A DNA stretch of 63,200 nt, the filler included, from Neolecta irregularis DAH-3 (Eukaryota), in the NCBI GenBank assembly GCA_001929475.1. It is 13 parts of 13 records of this genome, joined end to end, with 100 filler letters (N's around TTAATTAATTAA, not from the genome) between each part and the next. Parts side by side here need not be neighbours in the genome. Positions count along the whole stretch, not along the records: positions 36,419 to 47,985 come from LXFE01001400.1; positions 48,086 to 57,443 come from LXFE01001401.1; 11 more parts are not named here. The stretch is one strand, 5' to 3'. How positions within the stretch are numbered: position 1 is the stretch's first letter; each line of letters starts with the position of its first letter. Of the stretch, positions 38,042 through 51,057 are shown piece after piece. The notes below the pieces were generated by a model. It was given only the letters and a program-made list of their open reading frames with translations. It made no database searches and was not told where the DNA came from. A program made the translations under genes and the position numbers.

Positions 38042-38115
38042 TTTTCTTGAGATGTTTGTCAGAACATCTCAAGAAAACGTTGGAATTGAACGTAGCGTTT
38101 GCGCCACGTTCAATT
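38042..38115. repeat. Two adjacent inverted repeats (15-bp and 10-bp perfect stems)
   Basis: TTTTCTTGAGATGTT/AACATCTCAAGAAAA (38042-38077) and AATTGAACGT/ACGTTCAATT (38084-38115). Confidence 0.85.
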
Positions 38116-38164
38116 GAAATATGTCATTAGCCACTTTTGTTTTTTTACGCACACGCGCACGCTC

Positions 38165-38278
38165 AGCGCGGTTAGGCAACGCGACTGCCGCTTCTGCAAA
38201 ACCATTGGCGCAACCGCCTTTATCGGCCTCGGACTATATTCATTCTACACCCACGCTTCAGAATCTCAAAAACCTGCC
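38165..38278 (+). CDS. DUF4536/DMAC1-like small membrane protein fragment
   Basis: DCRFCKTIGATAFIGLGLYSF (CxxC then Gly-rich TM); ends at a 10-N gap; start unresolved. Confidence 0.5.
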
Positions 38279-38288
38279 NNNNNNNNNN

Positions 38289-39715
38289 TTGCGTTTAAGA
38301 AACTCGAACAAGCACCTTCCAATCCCTGTAAATTTACACCGTCGAGTCCGTTATACGAAAAGGCTCTCGATGGGCTGCTTTTACAGCTTCATGACATGGA
38401 GCAGAAATACCGGGAATTGAAATTATTTTGCAAAAACACACAAGATGAAGTCAAATTGAAAGTCCGGAGTTGCGAAATGGGGTTTTTGGAGCGTTGGATA
38501 GAATGTGATATAAGGGGGATCAAGGACTACACGGTTGCAGAAAGATTGGTTGAGCAGCTCAAGATCCGAGAGTATGTCTTTGTGGGTGTGTTTTGTTGTA
38601 CTGACAATCACAGAATGCAGCTTCAAGTGTTGATTCTTTTAGAAATACTCGCTTGGAAACACGAACATGCGGATCTTACAAAAAATACTCCTTCACCGAA
38701 ATCGCGCAAGGCAAAGGCAAAGGAATCTGTGATTGATAAAAATGACCCGTCTCTGCGATTAAACATTTGTATCGATCGACTTAATCTTTGGCATACGCTC
38801 GGTCCTTCATTCATATTGGATTTTTTACCCCAAAAAGAAGAAGTTGACTTCCTTCGACAATTTTGTTTAGAGATAATCATGCCCTTGTAAGTTTCTTACC
38901 TCGAGCGTACTAAGAAAAGTTACGAATCGAGGATTCCAGAGAAATGTAGTTCGTTATATGTTAAATGTGGATGTAACGTCAACCGTTCACCCAAAGAGAA
39001 GCAAAAAATTATTAAGGATCCCTTATCTGCGTTAACTATACCGCCTGCTCCCACACCTCTTCCCTCATCAGCTCGATTACCCCGAAAGCCGAAAACTACG
39101 TTCAAATCTATTCCCGCGCCAAAACGTCGCCAAACAAATCACTTATCGAAACTTGCGGCCAGGGAAATCGAATTTAAACCTTTGAAACGAAAGCAATCTG
39201 CAAATTTGAGAGAAGATCTACGTGCCGCAATAAATAATATTGCAAAACCTAATAGGATGGCTATCGGTGCGGAGATCATGGAAGCCAGGGAACAGAGATT
39301 TAGAAAAGGTACTCCCAACAAGCGCTATTCTTATACAGTAGATTCGAGGAAGAAGGATTCGTTGCAGGTTCCTGCTACCCCATCGAATCGTCGCACAAGA
39401 CCTCGTCAACAAGACGATCAATCGCGGGATTTACTTTCACCGCCACCAAAGAAATTGCGACTTGTGTCTAGTCCGATTATCGTAGAAGATACTCCCGTGA
39501 AATCCCGGCACAAGTCTGTTTCAGAAGATATTAGGGAGACGCCTGTCAAAGGTACTTCGAGAACACATCATCTAGATCAAGAATCTCCAACTAAAACCAG
39601 CTTCTCGAGCACCGTAGCACTCGTTGCAAGTTCTCCTGAAACTGTAAAATCAACGAAAGGAATCGCAAAAGAAGAAGCTGATATATTTGATCAATTGGGC
39701 TGGAATGATTATTAA
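38289..39715 (+). CDS. sld3: DNA replication regulator Sld3 (5' part lost in gap)
   Basis: LKIRE.QLQVLILLEIL, IDRLNLWH, LRQFCLEIIMPFY..RIP, many S/TP sites, C-terminal IFDQLGW. Confidence 0.85.
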
Positions 39716-40115
39716 TTTTGTATGGAATGGGGTTGGTTTCTTTTCTGGAACGCTGCTATATATTCATCATTGTGCATATCAATTATTTTATTCAAACGAT
39801 CATATCACGATTATATCACAAGTCAAATATACAGCCTCAGGAGAGCTGTAGCGGTGTGGTTGGAACTGCCCTGAAAATAGACTGGTTGACAATTTACTGA
39901 CTCGATCTATATATTTTCGGTCTAAAACCATTGAAAAATTTCCAACGGAAGTCTTTTCGTGAATATAGAGATTTAGAGTAAAGTGATTTGAGTACACTAA
40001 GAAATGATGCAATAAATATTCGGCAGAACGGCATGGATGAATATAGCAATACAAAAGTCCTGATTCGCGATATCACCTCGGTTTATCGTGCCGCTAAAAG
40101 GAGAGGTACTGCTGA

Positions 40116-41984
40116 CTACCCTGATATCATCAACGCTGGTAAACGGCATTCTGTAATCCGGGGGTTCTCGAGATCTCCGAGATCAACAATTCTAAGACCA
40201 TCTATCGTGGCCACCCCACGTTTGAATGCCTTGACCTTGAACAGAAACGAGAAACATGACGACGTTGGTATTGGTCTAGAATATTAGTATACAGTCTTCC
40301 CAAATGTGCATTTACCCTATATGGACATCGTTCACTAAACTAATCAGTTCAATGGTGTCAATCAACAACGATCTATGCAGGGAATTCAACGCTATTTGAT
40401 CAGTAAGGAACTTTGCAGAAATTTGAACCAGTATCCTCTAAGATGACAACATCCCCAGTTTTGGGCCAAGGAGGAAGATTCTTACGGTCGGACTCGTCTA
40501 ATAATAGCGAGATTCGTCGCCTTGAAGGCGATTGATTTAAAACCGAAACTTCGATTTCGAAAATTTCACCAAGTTTCGCAGTTTCCGGGACAGAAAATGT
40601 CACTACCAATCCTGTATTTTCCTTTTGGAGCAGGCTTGGAGTGGTAGTCGGGCGCATTGCTGTATATCCGTTTGCTGCACTGGAAGAGGCAGTTCGAGCC
40701 ATTGATCTTCCATTTCCAATTGTGATGTTCGGAATATGGAGACTCTGGGTCCGCCTGGGTGTTACAGACTTTTCTCCAGTGGAAGGACGAGACGAACTGG
40801 TCGGATCGATGAGAAATTTCCATTTCGAGACTAAAAGAGGTCTTGTATCGTCAGCTAACAGCGGGCGAGCGGTCGTAGTTATGATAATCGGACATGATTG
40901 TGAGGTGAAATAAGATTGCTTTTCGGCACTCATCTTAGCAGACGGCGAAATTTCGTAGACTAATGAAAGCGAATCTTGAGGACTGAGAATGACTGGGAAG
41001 ATATCGCTACCAGCTAGCATACATGCCTCTGCATTTTCGGGGTCGATAATTACTGATTCAAGTTCGATTTTATGGGCGGTCGATTGGTAAACTTCAACGT
41101 CAATTGTCATCAAAATCGTCTTTCGGCTTGGACTGGGCTTTGAATAACTCGTTCTAAGTGAAATAACCGGTGAAAGGGGAAATATTCGACGAGCTGCCCG
41201 GCGAGCTGGCTTGTATGAAGGAGTGAGTGATGGAGATGCGAGACCTCCAGAAAGTCGAGACACTGGGAGGTTCAAACCTGCAGTCTTCAGATTTACATCT
41301 ATGGTATAAGTTGAAGGTTGAGAATCTCGTATGCCTGATTGAAAGCCGACAAGCACGTTCGGCTGGCTTAGTTTATGTTCGACCATATATTCATTGGAGT
41401 TTCTTGCTGAGGTTTCACCCTCATCTGATTCGTGGACCAAAGTAATAGTGGCTACTAGAGCAATGCGATGGAAGTTTAATCTTGTAGATTGAACTGTGTT
41501 TTAGTAGAGGACCTCATATCATTATACCAAGCTCTAGATTCCGTCTCCATGCAATGAATGTCAAATTATCCGACTCATTCACGACCATATCGTCACATTC
41601 CAAATTGACGCTACAAATCGATGGCCCCTCAACTATTCTGTCTCGTTTGCTGTTTATAGATGACTCCTGTCGCTGAACATCAACTAACATTGCGTCCAGA
41701 TTCAGCGAAATATGCTTCTTCAATGCCTCTAGGTGCTCTATAGGGACTTTTTTGGAGAATTTGAGTAAGATATATACTGTGATGTGTTCATCTAAACTGT
41801 AATGAGCAATAATAGATTGATTATCGAGACCTTGGAATAGCTGCCGCCTTTGAGATCCACTGAGAACATTTATTATACCCTGATCGATAGAATCAGCGGG
41901 AATAGTGGGCACCGCTATTTCAATCTGCGCATTCTGAACCAGGAGATCAAAATCTGGTATGGCATTTTCAGTAGACTCAGTCAT
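40116..41984 (-). CDS. trs65: TRAPPII-specific subunit Trs65 (multi-exon)
   Basis: R.LF.DE.I.VY.LL near the N-terminus; GLVVTFS.P....GE.F...V.VLNQS; L.SL.NDVHIGP; LRIVDL near the C-terminus. Confidence 0.78.
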
Positions 41985-42357
41985 AAAATGTCTAGCTGAA
42001 CCGTGGGTCGGTAGGTATCGCATAATCTACAGCATCTTCGGTACAACATTCTATATGATACATCATTTTAGTTACAAGCCAGTCAGAAGAACTCGGTTGA
42101 GAAGACATCCGCTGTTCTTTATGTATGTGTGCTCCAACGCGTTCTCGACCACATGACTTCCCGTGATCCATATTCCTTTTCTGTTATTGTAGTTTTTGTA
42201 ATTAACAGCTTCGTGCTGCCTCTGTCAAGTTGGGAAGGCGTTACAAAATGCATGAATGAAAACCGTATCGATACCGAATATAATAAAACATGTTTAAAAT
42301 CAAAACTAGACATGCGTATCAAGCCCTTTGTCTCTTTTCGAGGGTTTGAAACGATGG

Positions 42358-43339
<982 letters not shown>

Positions 43340-43776
43340 TTTGAAGGCTCCAGTCGGACAATAAGTAAAACGCTAAATGAGTGATGCTCTCATATTTCAA
43401 CACAACCTTCGACATTCTGATCAAGATGTTTGTGAATAGACGTTTGCATTCGTTACAGTTGAAGCAATAAGCTTTTCCTTCAGTTTCTGAATCACCAAAT
43501 ATCTTGTCCTTCATTTTGTATTTGTCGCAATAAATTATTTCATTCAGATTTCAACGTGTTTTGATTTCAGAGCTGAATATTGAAAGAGGTATGCAAAGAA
43601 AAATGTTATATATGATCCAGGCAGATGGCAAGAATGTCAGGAGATTGTCTAGAATGCGGCCAAACCATGGAATGAATAACAGCCGTCTCAATCTAACTTA
43701 CCAAAGTCGTAAGTTATATTGAACTGGGAAGATTAAACATGATGTTATTGTACAAGCTGCTCAACTTTGCGAATGT

Positions 43777-45994
43777 CTACAACTTCTCCAATTCCCAGTA
43801 ACGATTGTCAATGCTCTCTTGCAATGATCTCCAACCCCAGATGGCTTGGCTAGCTTTCGGAGTCAAACCTTCTTCCGTTTTCTCTCCCAATCCTTCTGAT
43901 ACAAAAGAAGTCCCCTTCCCTGATAACGGGTCTTGTTCAGAGACTTCTATGTTATCCATTGACGTGTCGTTTATAACTTCGGCTTTCGACATTGCTCGAG
44001 AGACATTTCGACTCTCGTAAATCCTTAAAACATCCTCCTCAATCAGCTCAGACGTATCAGCCCATGGCACATTAGCTTCATTACGGAGACCAGGGGAGGG
44101 CGGTCTGCAGGGGGTACTATCTAGGCTACCCGGACTAGGAGATGAGCTGAGAGAGCTGAGGTCAACGATTTCATCAGCCCCCTCATTGTGGAAAGCCTTT
44201 TCGTTGATAACGGACATCTGAGGGCGGTCGTCCTCGTCCTCGTCCAAAAACCCTCCAAGAACCTTCCATTCCTGCTCCTCTTCCTCGAGTTCTTCGGCTG
44301 TTGGCTTTGGTCCTGTGTACCAGATCCTTGCGCCATAACCGGGAAAGAACCAGTAAAATAAACCTAATACAGCAACGAAAATGATAACTATCGATGAATA
44401 ATTCATTTGTGACCAGTTCGGATGGGGTCTCTCGGGGAATAATAGTATAATGACTGTAGAAGCCATAAAAAGGAGTGAAATCGTGTGACAAGATTTGGAA
44501 AGGACACCAAGATGAAATGGTCCCCGGTTGAACAAATTAGGGTTTCGCAGTCGTGCGTATATAGGCAACGAATAGGCAGCGAAAGATCCTGCAATAGCGA
44601 GCTGGCATTGAATGAGCAGCGAAATTATAAGTACAACATACCGAGAACAATGCCTCACTTGCTCGTGTACCGCAGAGACAGATCAAGCCCAACAGACTTG
44701 ACAAGAATATGATGGTCCAGGAAGCTAGAATCGGAGTCTGCCTCTTTGTGTTCAACCGAGAAAGATATTTAGAGAATGGAAGTCCACCGTCTTTTGAAAA
44801 AATCCACATCTGTTTAGAAGCAACAATCAACTGAAATGTTAGTTGTCTTCAACTCATCAATAATACGATCGAAATTCCAACCATCCATTGCAATACACAA
44901 GTTGCACATAGGAACACAAGAGCACCATTTCTCCCGAGAATATCAAAGAGCATCTGAGAGAATGGTGTGATTGGGCTGGCAAGGAGACTAGTAAAAGTTG
45001 AAGGAACACAGAATGCGATCACGGTCATTAAAAGAAATCCGAGAAGGGAAGCGGATATAGTGGAGATAGCAATGCTCCACGGAACGGTGACTGAAGCGTT
45101 TTTCGCTTCTCCGGCCATGTTGACAGATGAATCAAATGACCCTCTATAGCCGTTAGCATATAACCCAAGACGATGGCATACATGACCCATACAGGAGCAA
45201 GGAATGATATCATGAATGATAATCCTTTGCTGTATCCAGTGAGATGGGAGAAATGTGTGAATACGTGTTTTGCTGTGTGGAGTTTGGGAGAGCAAAGAGG
45301 TAAAGAGATGCAAAATGCACCGATTAACAGCAGATTCGCGGTGATGAAAACGTATTGCAAACGAGCCAAAGGTCTTCTACTGACAGAGCAGATAACTCCA
45401 GTAAGAAGCTGTAGTCCAATGAAGACAAGATAGGTGAATAATAGGGGTGGTTTCCATTCGGTGACAAATGTGAGCAACGAGGAGAATGAAAGACTCGCCG
45501 ACCCTAACGAAAATCAGCTATGAATAGAATGGTATATGGATTACAATTCACGCAGGCTAAACCGGTAATTTGTGCAAGAGAAGTGGACCAACCAACGATG
45601 AAAGATAACGCTCGAGCAGTATGGAGATCTGATAACCGATATGTCCAAAAGTAGAACCCTGCTCTAGAAGCATGAGAAATGGGGCCTGCAGGCAAGCATA
45701 CGACAACGGCATGCTACTAGCCAGCTCTGCTATAGATAGCCCAACGACGTTGATAAATATACTTGCAACCAACCATCCTATTGTTAATCCAGCTGGCCCA
45801 GCAGGTAATGACTGAGACATATTAACCCTTGATTCTCTTAATGAACAACTTACATAGGTCAAGACGGCAGAAATACTTGGAACAAGGCCAATCACGCTGA
45901 AGGCTAAGCCAAATATCTCGATGAAGGTGAAAGTTCTTCGCGAATCTTGTCTGTAGCCAAGGGCCGCAAGAACCGCTTCATCTGGATCCGACAT
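43777..45994 (-). CDS. APC-superfamily amino acid/GABA/choline permease with long acidic C-tail
   Basis: LAALGYRQ..RR.F, FGLAFS.IG, GPAG, AELASSMP.SAG.Y.W, FDSSVNMAGEAKNA, FSKDGGLPFS, GPFHLG, NYS. Confidence 0.9.
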
Positions 45995-46304
45995 TGTGGT
46001 ATAGAGAGCTACGAGGAGATGGGCGAATTGGGCGGCGACGAATCATCGTATTTCTCTTAGGACAACGACCGGATGTGGAAGGGGGCGTAGGGTGAGTACG
46101 GATGCGGAAGCTTGCCGGCAGAAGAAGTAAATTCCATCATCTGTATTTGTTAATTTTTCGAATAAAGGTTGCTTTCCACCAGCTTTAAGATTAATGCAAT
46201 TAATCACTGCAGAGTACCAAGCTCGGAATTTGATTGTTGATCAGAGATCAGGTGGAGGGAGTCCTTTGACCAGCCACCACACCTGCCTGCTTTTATCCAC
46301 TCCC

Positions 46305-47698
46305 ATGGCCGATCAAGAACTCCCTGTAGCCCCAGTCTACAACCAGTCGAACCCGCCTCCGTTGCCTTCCAATCCCACTTATGTCTCGGTATATCTTTGT
46401 ATGTCCAGGCCAGACCATTCATACCCAGGACGACGCAGAGTCCCGCATTTCATATGACAAAATACAAGGGAGATGGATCTTTGAAGCTATGGATGGCACA
46501 GAGCTCTTCTTTGAACAAAGAGCTCTAGCTTGGGTTCCGTCGGTTCGTCTATCCTTTTTTCTACCAAGGAAAAAATACGAGGGTGTCTAGTTCGATGAAC
46601 AAGCTATGGCTGCTCAACAAGCCGCATATGCGAGAGCTGATGTGGACGAGTCAGAGCCTGCGGTCGATCCGAAGCGAAAGAAGCGAAAGACATATACGGG
46701 GGTTGCTGAGGTATGACTTGCGAGCCGACAAAGAGGGATAATCCAAAGGAGAATGAGGATCCTAGTTCAAAAAAGGCCAAACCTACTCCCGAGAAGAAGA
46801 TGAAAAACACAGCAATTTATGTTTCAGGCTTACCAAAAGACATTACTATTGACGAGCTTAAAACCACATTCTCGAAATGCGGACAGTTAGCACAGTCTAT
46901 CGATACGGGTGCCCCCCGGATCAAAATCTATACCGACGCGATCGGAACCTGTAAAGGCGATGCTCTCATAATCTTCCATCGGGAAGAAAGCGTTGATATC
47001 GCAATTCAGCTCATGAATGAAACCGAATTTCGGTTTGGAACCGGAATGATTATGAAAGTACAGGAAGCCGAAGCCGGGAGAAAGAAAGGAAAATCTGGCG
47101 GCGAAGAAAAAATGAGTTCGCAAGAAAAGAAGAAGCTTGAAAATCGACTGAGAAGATTGAATAAGTACGCCGGTAACTCAGGAATCGCCATAATTTGATA
47201 GCAAACTGGGCGACTGGAGTGATGAAGAAAGTCAGCCTGTTAGCAATCGGTGGTCTAAAGTTGTTATCTTGAAACATATGTTCACGCTACAAGAGCTAGA
47301 GGTTGGGTCTAAGATTATTCATGCTCCGTGCTGATCCAAAGGATGATCCAACAACAATTTTGGATCTTAAACAAGATATTTGGGAAGAATCAGAAAAGAT
47401 CGGGAATGTTACCAACGTAGTCATTTTCGATCTCGAACCCGAAGGAGTTGTTTCAGTACGTTTCACAAAAGAATCCGATGCTGAAGATTGTATAAAGGTA
47501 TGTTGCACACCCCTACAGTTGTCGCAAGATTTTCTAACGTCAAAGAAAATGGATGGACGCTTTTTTGGAGGAATGCAGGTTGAAGCGTTTATTCATGATG
47601 GAAGACACTACAAAAAGAGCAAGAGTGACGATGAAGGGAACCAGGAGGAAAGGCTTAAGAGCTTTGGAAACTGGCTAGAGGAAGGAGACCCCAAGTGA
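46305..47698 (+). CDS. cus2: U2 snRNP-associated Cus2/Tat-SF1 (RRM + UHM), 7 exons
   Basis: NTAIYVSGLPKDIT..E...FSKCG, PRIKIY, KGDALI.F..EESV..A, VVILKHMFT, DLKQDI.EE..KIG.V, MDGRFFGG. Confidence 0.92.
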
Positions 47699-47825
47699 GT
47701 TTGTAGGTGTTGTTTTGGGCTGCGGATATGTTTTCGGTAATTATGACCAAGAATCCTTTGTCGCGAATCAATTCAAACTGCAAGGACATACATTGTCAAG
47801 AAATAGCAAAGTCTAAGCGACACCC

Positions 47826-47985
47826 TGTATCGAAAATACTTCCTGATCCGGGCGGGATTGTAGTAATAGGAGTGTTATAGTGTACGCCCACAATGTCAGG
47901 CTCCATGTCTCTAATTATTTTACTTCCTCCCGCTTCAAAATTAACTCATTATAGGAGACAGGCTTGACCAAGAATGCTTCAGGCT
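47826..47985. repeat. Dispersed repeat, probable solo LTR (copy 2)
   Basis: Direct repeat of 36419-36578; runs into the linker. Confidence 0.6.
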
Positions 47986-48153
47986 NNNNNNNNNNNNNNN
48001 NNNNNNNNNNNNNNNNNNNNNNNNNNNNNTTAATTAATTAANNNNNNNNNNNNNNNNNNNNNNNNNNNNNNNNNNNNNNNNNNNNTGGTCGCTGGCGAAC
48101 GCACCCTTAATCCAAGACGACTTTCTCCTCAATTCCCCAACTCCAACCCCATT

Positions 48154-49171
48154 TTATTTTATTGATTCTGAGCTGAAAATACGAGTTAAGCGACCTTTCA
48201 AATGTGTTTTTGATCTATTTTCTTGGCCGGAAGATTCTGTACCAGAATGAGGGGCACACAAAAGTAACTCTTGATATGTTGAGGAATCCGTAGGATTTTC
48301 AAACTGAGAAACTTTTAATGTGAGTCTCGGATCTTGACCATTGACGAATGGCATCGCTACTAGGCTTTCCTGTACGTCAAGATAAGATCTTTCAAGTTTG
48401 CGCAAACCCTGTGGACAGGCAAATCCTTGGGATCAAACCTCAGCCGTTTATTCTCGCACATCGCTCGTAAGAATATTTTTGCAAACTTTTGGGGACTCCA
48501 TGTTGTTTTTTGATCAAACATTGATTCAAAAAGCAAATTTCCTGCGCCAGTATTAACCGCGCATTTGCCAAGCAATAAAAATGAAATAGATGGCTACCTA
48601 ACTCTGTGATTTCAGTCGTTCGTAATCTCGTGAATCCAATGAATGAAGACTCCATGACGAGATCTTGAGGTAATGCATCCCACGTAACCAGTTCTTTTGC
48701 ACCGATAGACTGAAAATTCTCGAAATATTCCACTGGAGCTTTCTGAAAATAGTGATGATATATACCGGTCGACACCATCCACAAGCCGGCAAAAGACGAC
48801 ACCCATAGTTTGGTATTCGTATTTTCTAGTTGTGTTGAACGGACATGGGGTTTCAAGAAGACGACTTCTACTGGTCGTGTACATCTGATTGAACGACTTT
48901 CGACTCTTGCAGACACGTAGGCACGGGCACGGTAGCGCGCTATCTTGTACACCGATGGATACAGGTCATACTGGGCTCTTAGATCGTCGATAAGATGCAT
49001 TGAGGGACAGGAAAGAATGAATGCGCAATGACTGTTTGACGAAGAAACAGCGAGCTGTTGGCCCGGATTCTCGGGTTCTAAGACCAGGCACGGTTCTTGT
49101 GCGTAGCGCATTGAGGACCATCGTGTTACTAAATGCCATAGTGACTTATTACTCGTTTCTGTCGCAAACAA
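48154..49171 (-). CDS. Hypothetical multi-exon protein
   Basis: 243-aa ORF plus downstream ORF fragments joinable by GT-AG introns; no family recognised; boundaries uncertain. Confidence 0.4.
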
Positions 49172-49396
49172 GCACTCGCTTCATAAATATAAACAACAAA
49201 TGTTTAGATACAAACTAGATTATCCTGCTTTTTTGGAAATTCGGACTACAAAAGGAGGAATACATGAGTTGTTTTCGGCTTGAGCTTGAACCGGGTCGAG
49301 TATATATAAACATATATCTATTTACTGACCTCTTTTCTTGCTCAACGGTAAACTTTTCATGACCGAGCCAAAGGATATCGGTTATTCAAAGACAGC

Positions 49397-50645
49397 TCAT
49401 TCTGTTGGCGAAAGAACCTTCTCAGCGCTAGGCACTAATGGTTCCAAGCTTGTCCTAACTTGAACTTTGGCCAATTCTTCCCCCGATGCGAGTTTCTCTC
49501 CTGATTTTCTTTCAAAGAACATTAGATAAATCTCTTTCTCGATTTTGCTTAAAGAGGTTACATTCACAAGTCTGACTTTCTCATCACTGAGACTCCACCA
49601 AGTCCTTTTTGTCGATTTGCGCCATGCGACATAATGACCGCGGCTGACGCTTCCAATATGCGTAATCATTGAACGTAATACATATTCAGTACCCGATAAC
49701 ATGAGTGTTTCGTGTATATCTACGCGAGCTTTATTCTTTGAAAACCGGCCATCTCGATACTCGGACCGATTGAAATGCAGGACAAGAATATCTGGAAGCG
49801 CAGAAATTTCAACTTGTCTAATAACGGGACATTTTAGCTTTGGAAGATCTTTAATAGTTTCTGGGTCACCGTCAAATTGGAGATGACGAGCGGCGCATCC
49901 GCGACAAGTGAATCCCTCGATCATCTCTGCTTTGCAGTATTCTTCAATGCAAGCTTTGATGGTAGTAGACCACTATATACTCAGCAACATTTGCAAGTCG
50001 GTATACAGTTTGCGGAAGAAGTAATGTAAGAGATTGAAATGCTTCTTCTTTCACAGGTGCTTGATACTCGCATTTCAAGCACTTCAAACGAGATACTGTT
50101 TTTCCGTTAAACGGTGTACAAGTATCGCGAGCTTCTTTCTCGATATTTTCAATAACAAGACCTAGAAATTCTTGTGCGTCTTGTTGTTCAGATGATAATC
50201 GAGCTTTGTATATTTTGTCCAGTGTACAAATGAAGCTTTGTGCTGAAATGGAAGTGCGTCGAGGTATTGATTTGCAAAGTGCTTGTACAGTTACTACCGA
50301 CCGGAAAATAAATTTCGCCACATACTGTTCATCAAGTCTCTCAGACTAGAGAGGTATTCTGATTCGACATTTACTCGTGATAAATATCGGCGTAGTCGGG
50401 GTAATCCAGCCAGACTCTGTATATATAAGTAACATTCTCCATTTGGGGCTGAAAACTACCTGAAGTATCGAATTAAAGTAACACGAATTGGAATTCCAAG
50501 GGTTCCGTAAACCGTGCATGTATTCGATATACGTTGGCTCGATATCACACAAAGAAACGATATAATGAACCAATGCGATCGATGAAAAGAAACCAACCAA
50601 GATAACCAACAACTGCCGATCGTTTTTCGCAACAGTAAGAGTCAT
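49397..50645 (-). CDS. Ubiquitin-specific protease (C19) with N-terminal TM, Ubp16/USP30-like
   Basis: GLRN..NSCYFNSILQSLA (Cys box), QQDAQEFL, LPDILVLHFNRS, HIGS..RGHYVAWR, WWSLSDEKV. Confidence 0.88.
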
Positions 50646-51057
50646 GTTTTATTTAGCGTTCAAGATATCCTACTGGAATCGCCGGATCACCTTATTTCCC
50701 GACTGATTTGTATTTTCGATGGAGAAGGATGAGGTTCGATGGTATACAACAAATGGCGAACCCCACAACCTGCTGGCTGCTTGCGTACATCGTGATTTAA
50801 TCTCGATTATACAACATTGCAACATGCTCAAAAAGAAGGATCAAGGGATAATCAAATCAGAGTACCTATACATTCCTCAAAGGCTCACTTATTTGCAAGT
50901 CATAGAATAATAGTTTAAATTTCTGCACAAAATTACCAAGTAGTATAATGCCATATGCTACTCATCAATGATAAAGTGACTACATACAAAAGCTAAATAC
51001 TCTCCTACTTCTACATCAACGGGGAGGTATCAATCACATATATCTTTTTAGTTATTC

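Noticed and set aside
38099-38890. DUF4536-Sld3 fusion ORF
   Set aside because: The two parts are joined only across a 10-N gap of unknown true size
48541-48598. Another possible GT-TG intron (29 nt)
   Set aside because: A canonical in-frame CAG acceptor exists 27 nt further on, and there is no conserved protein to decide between them
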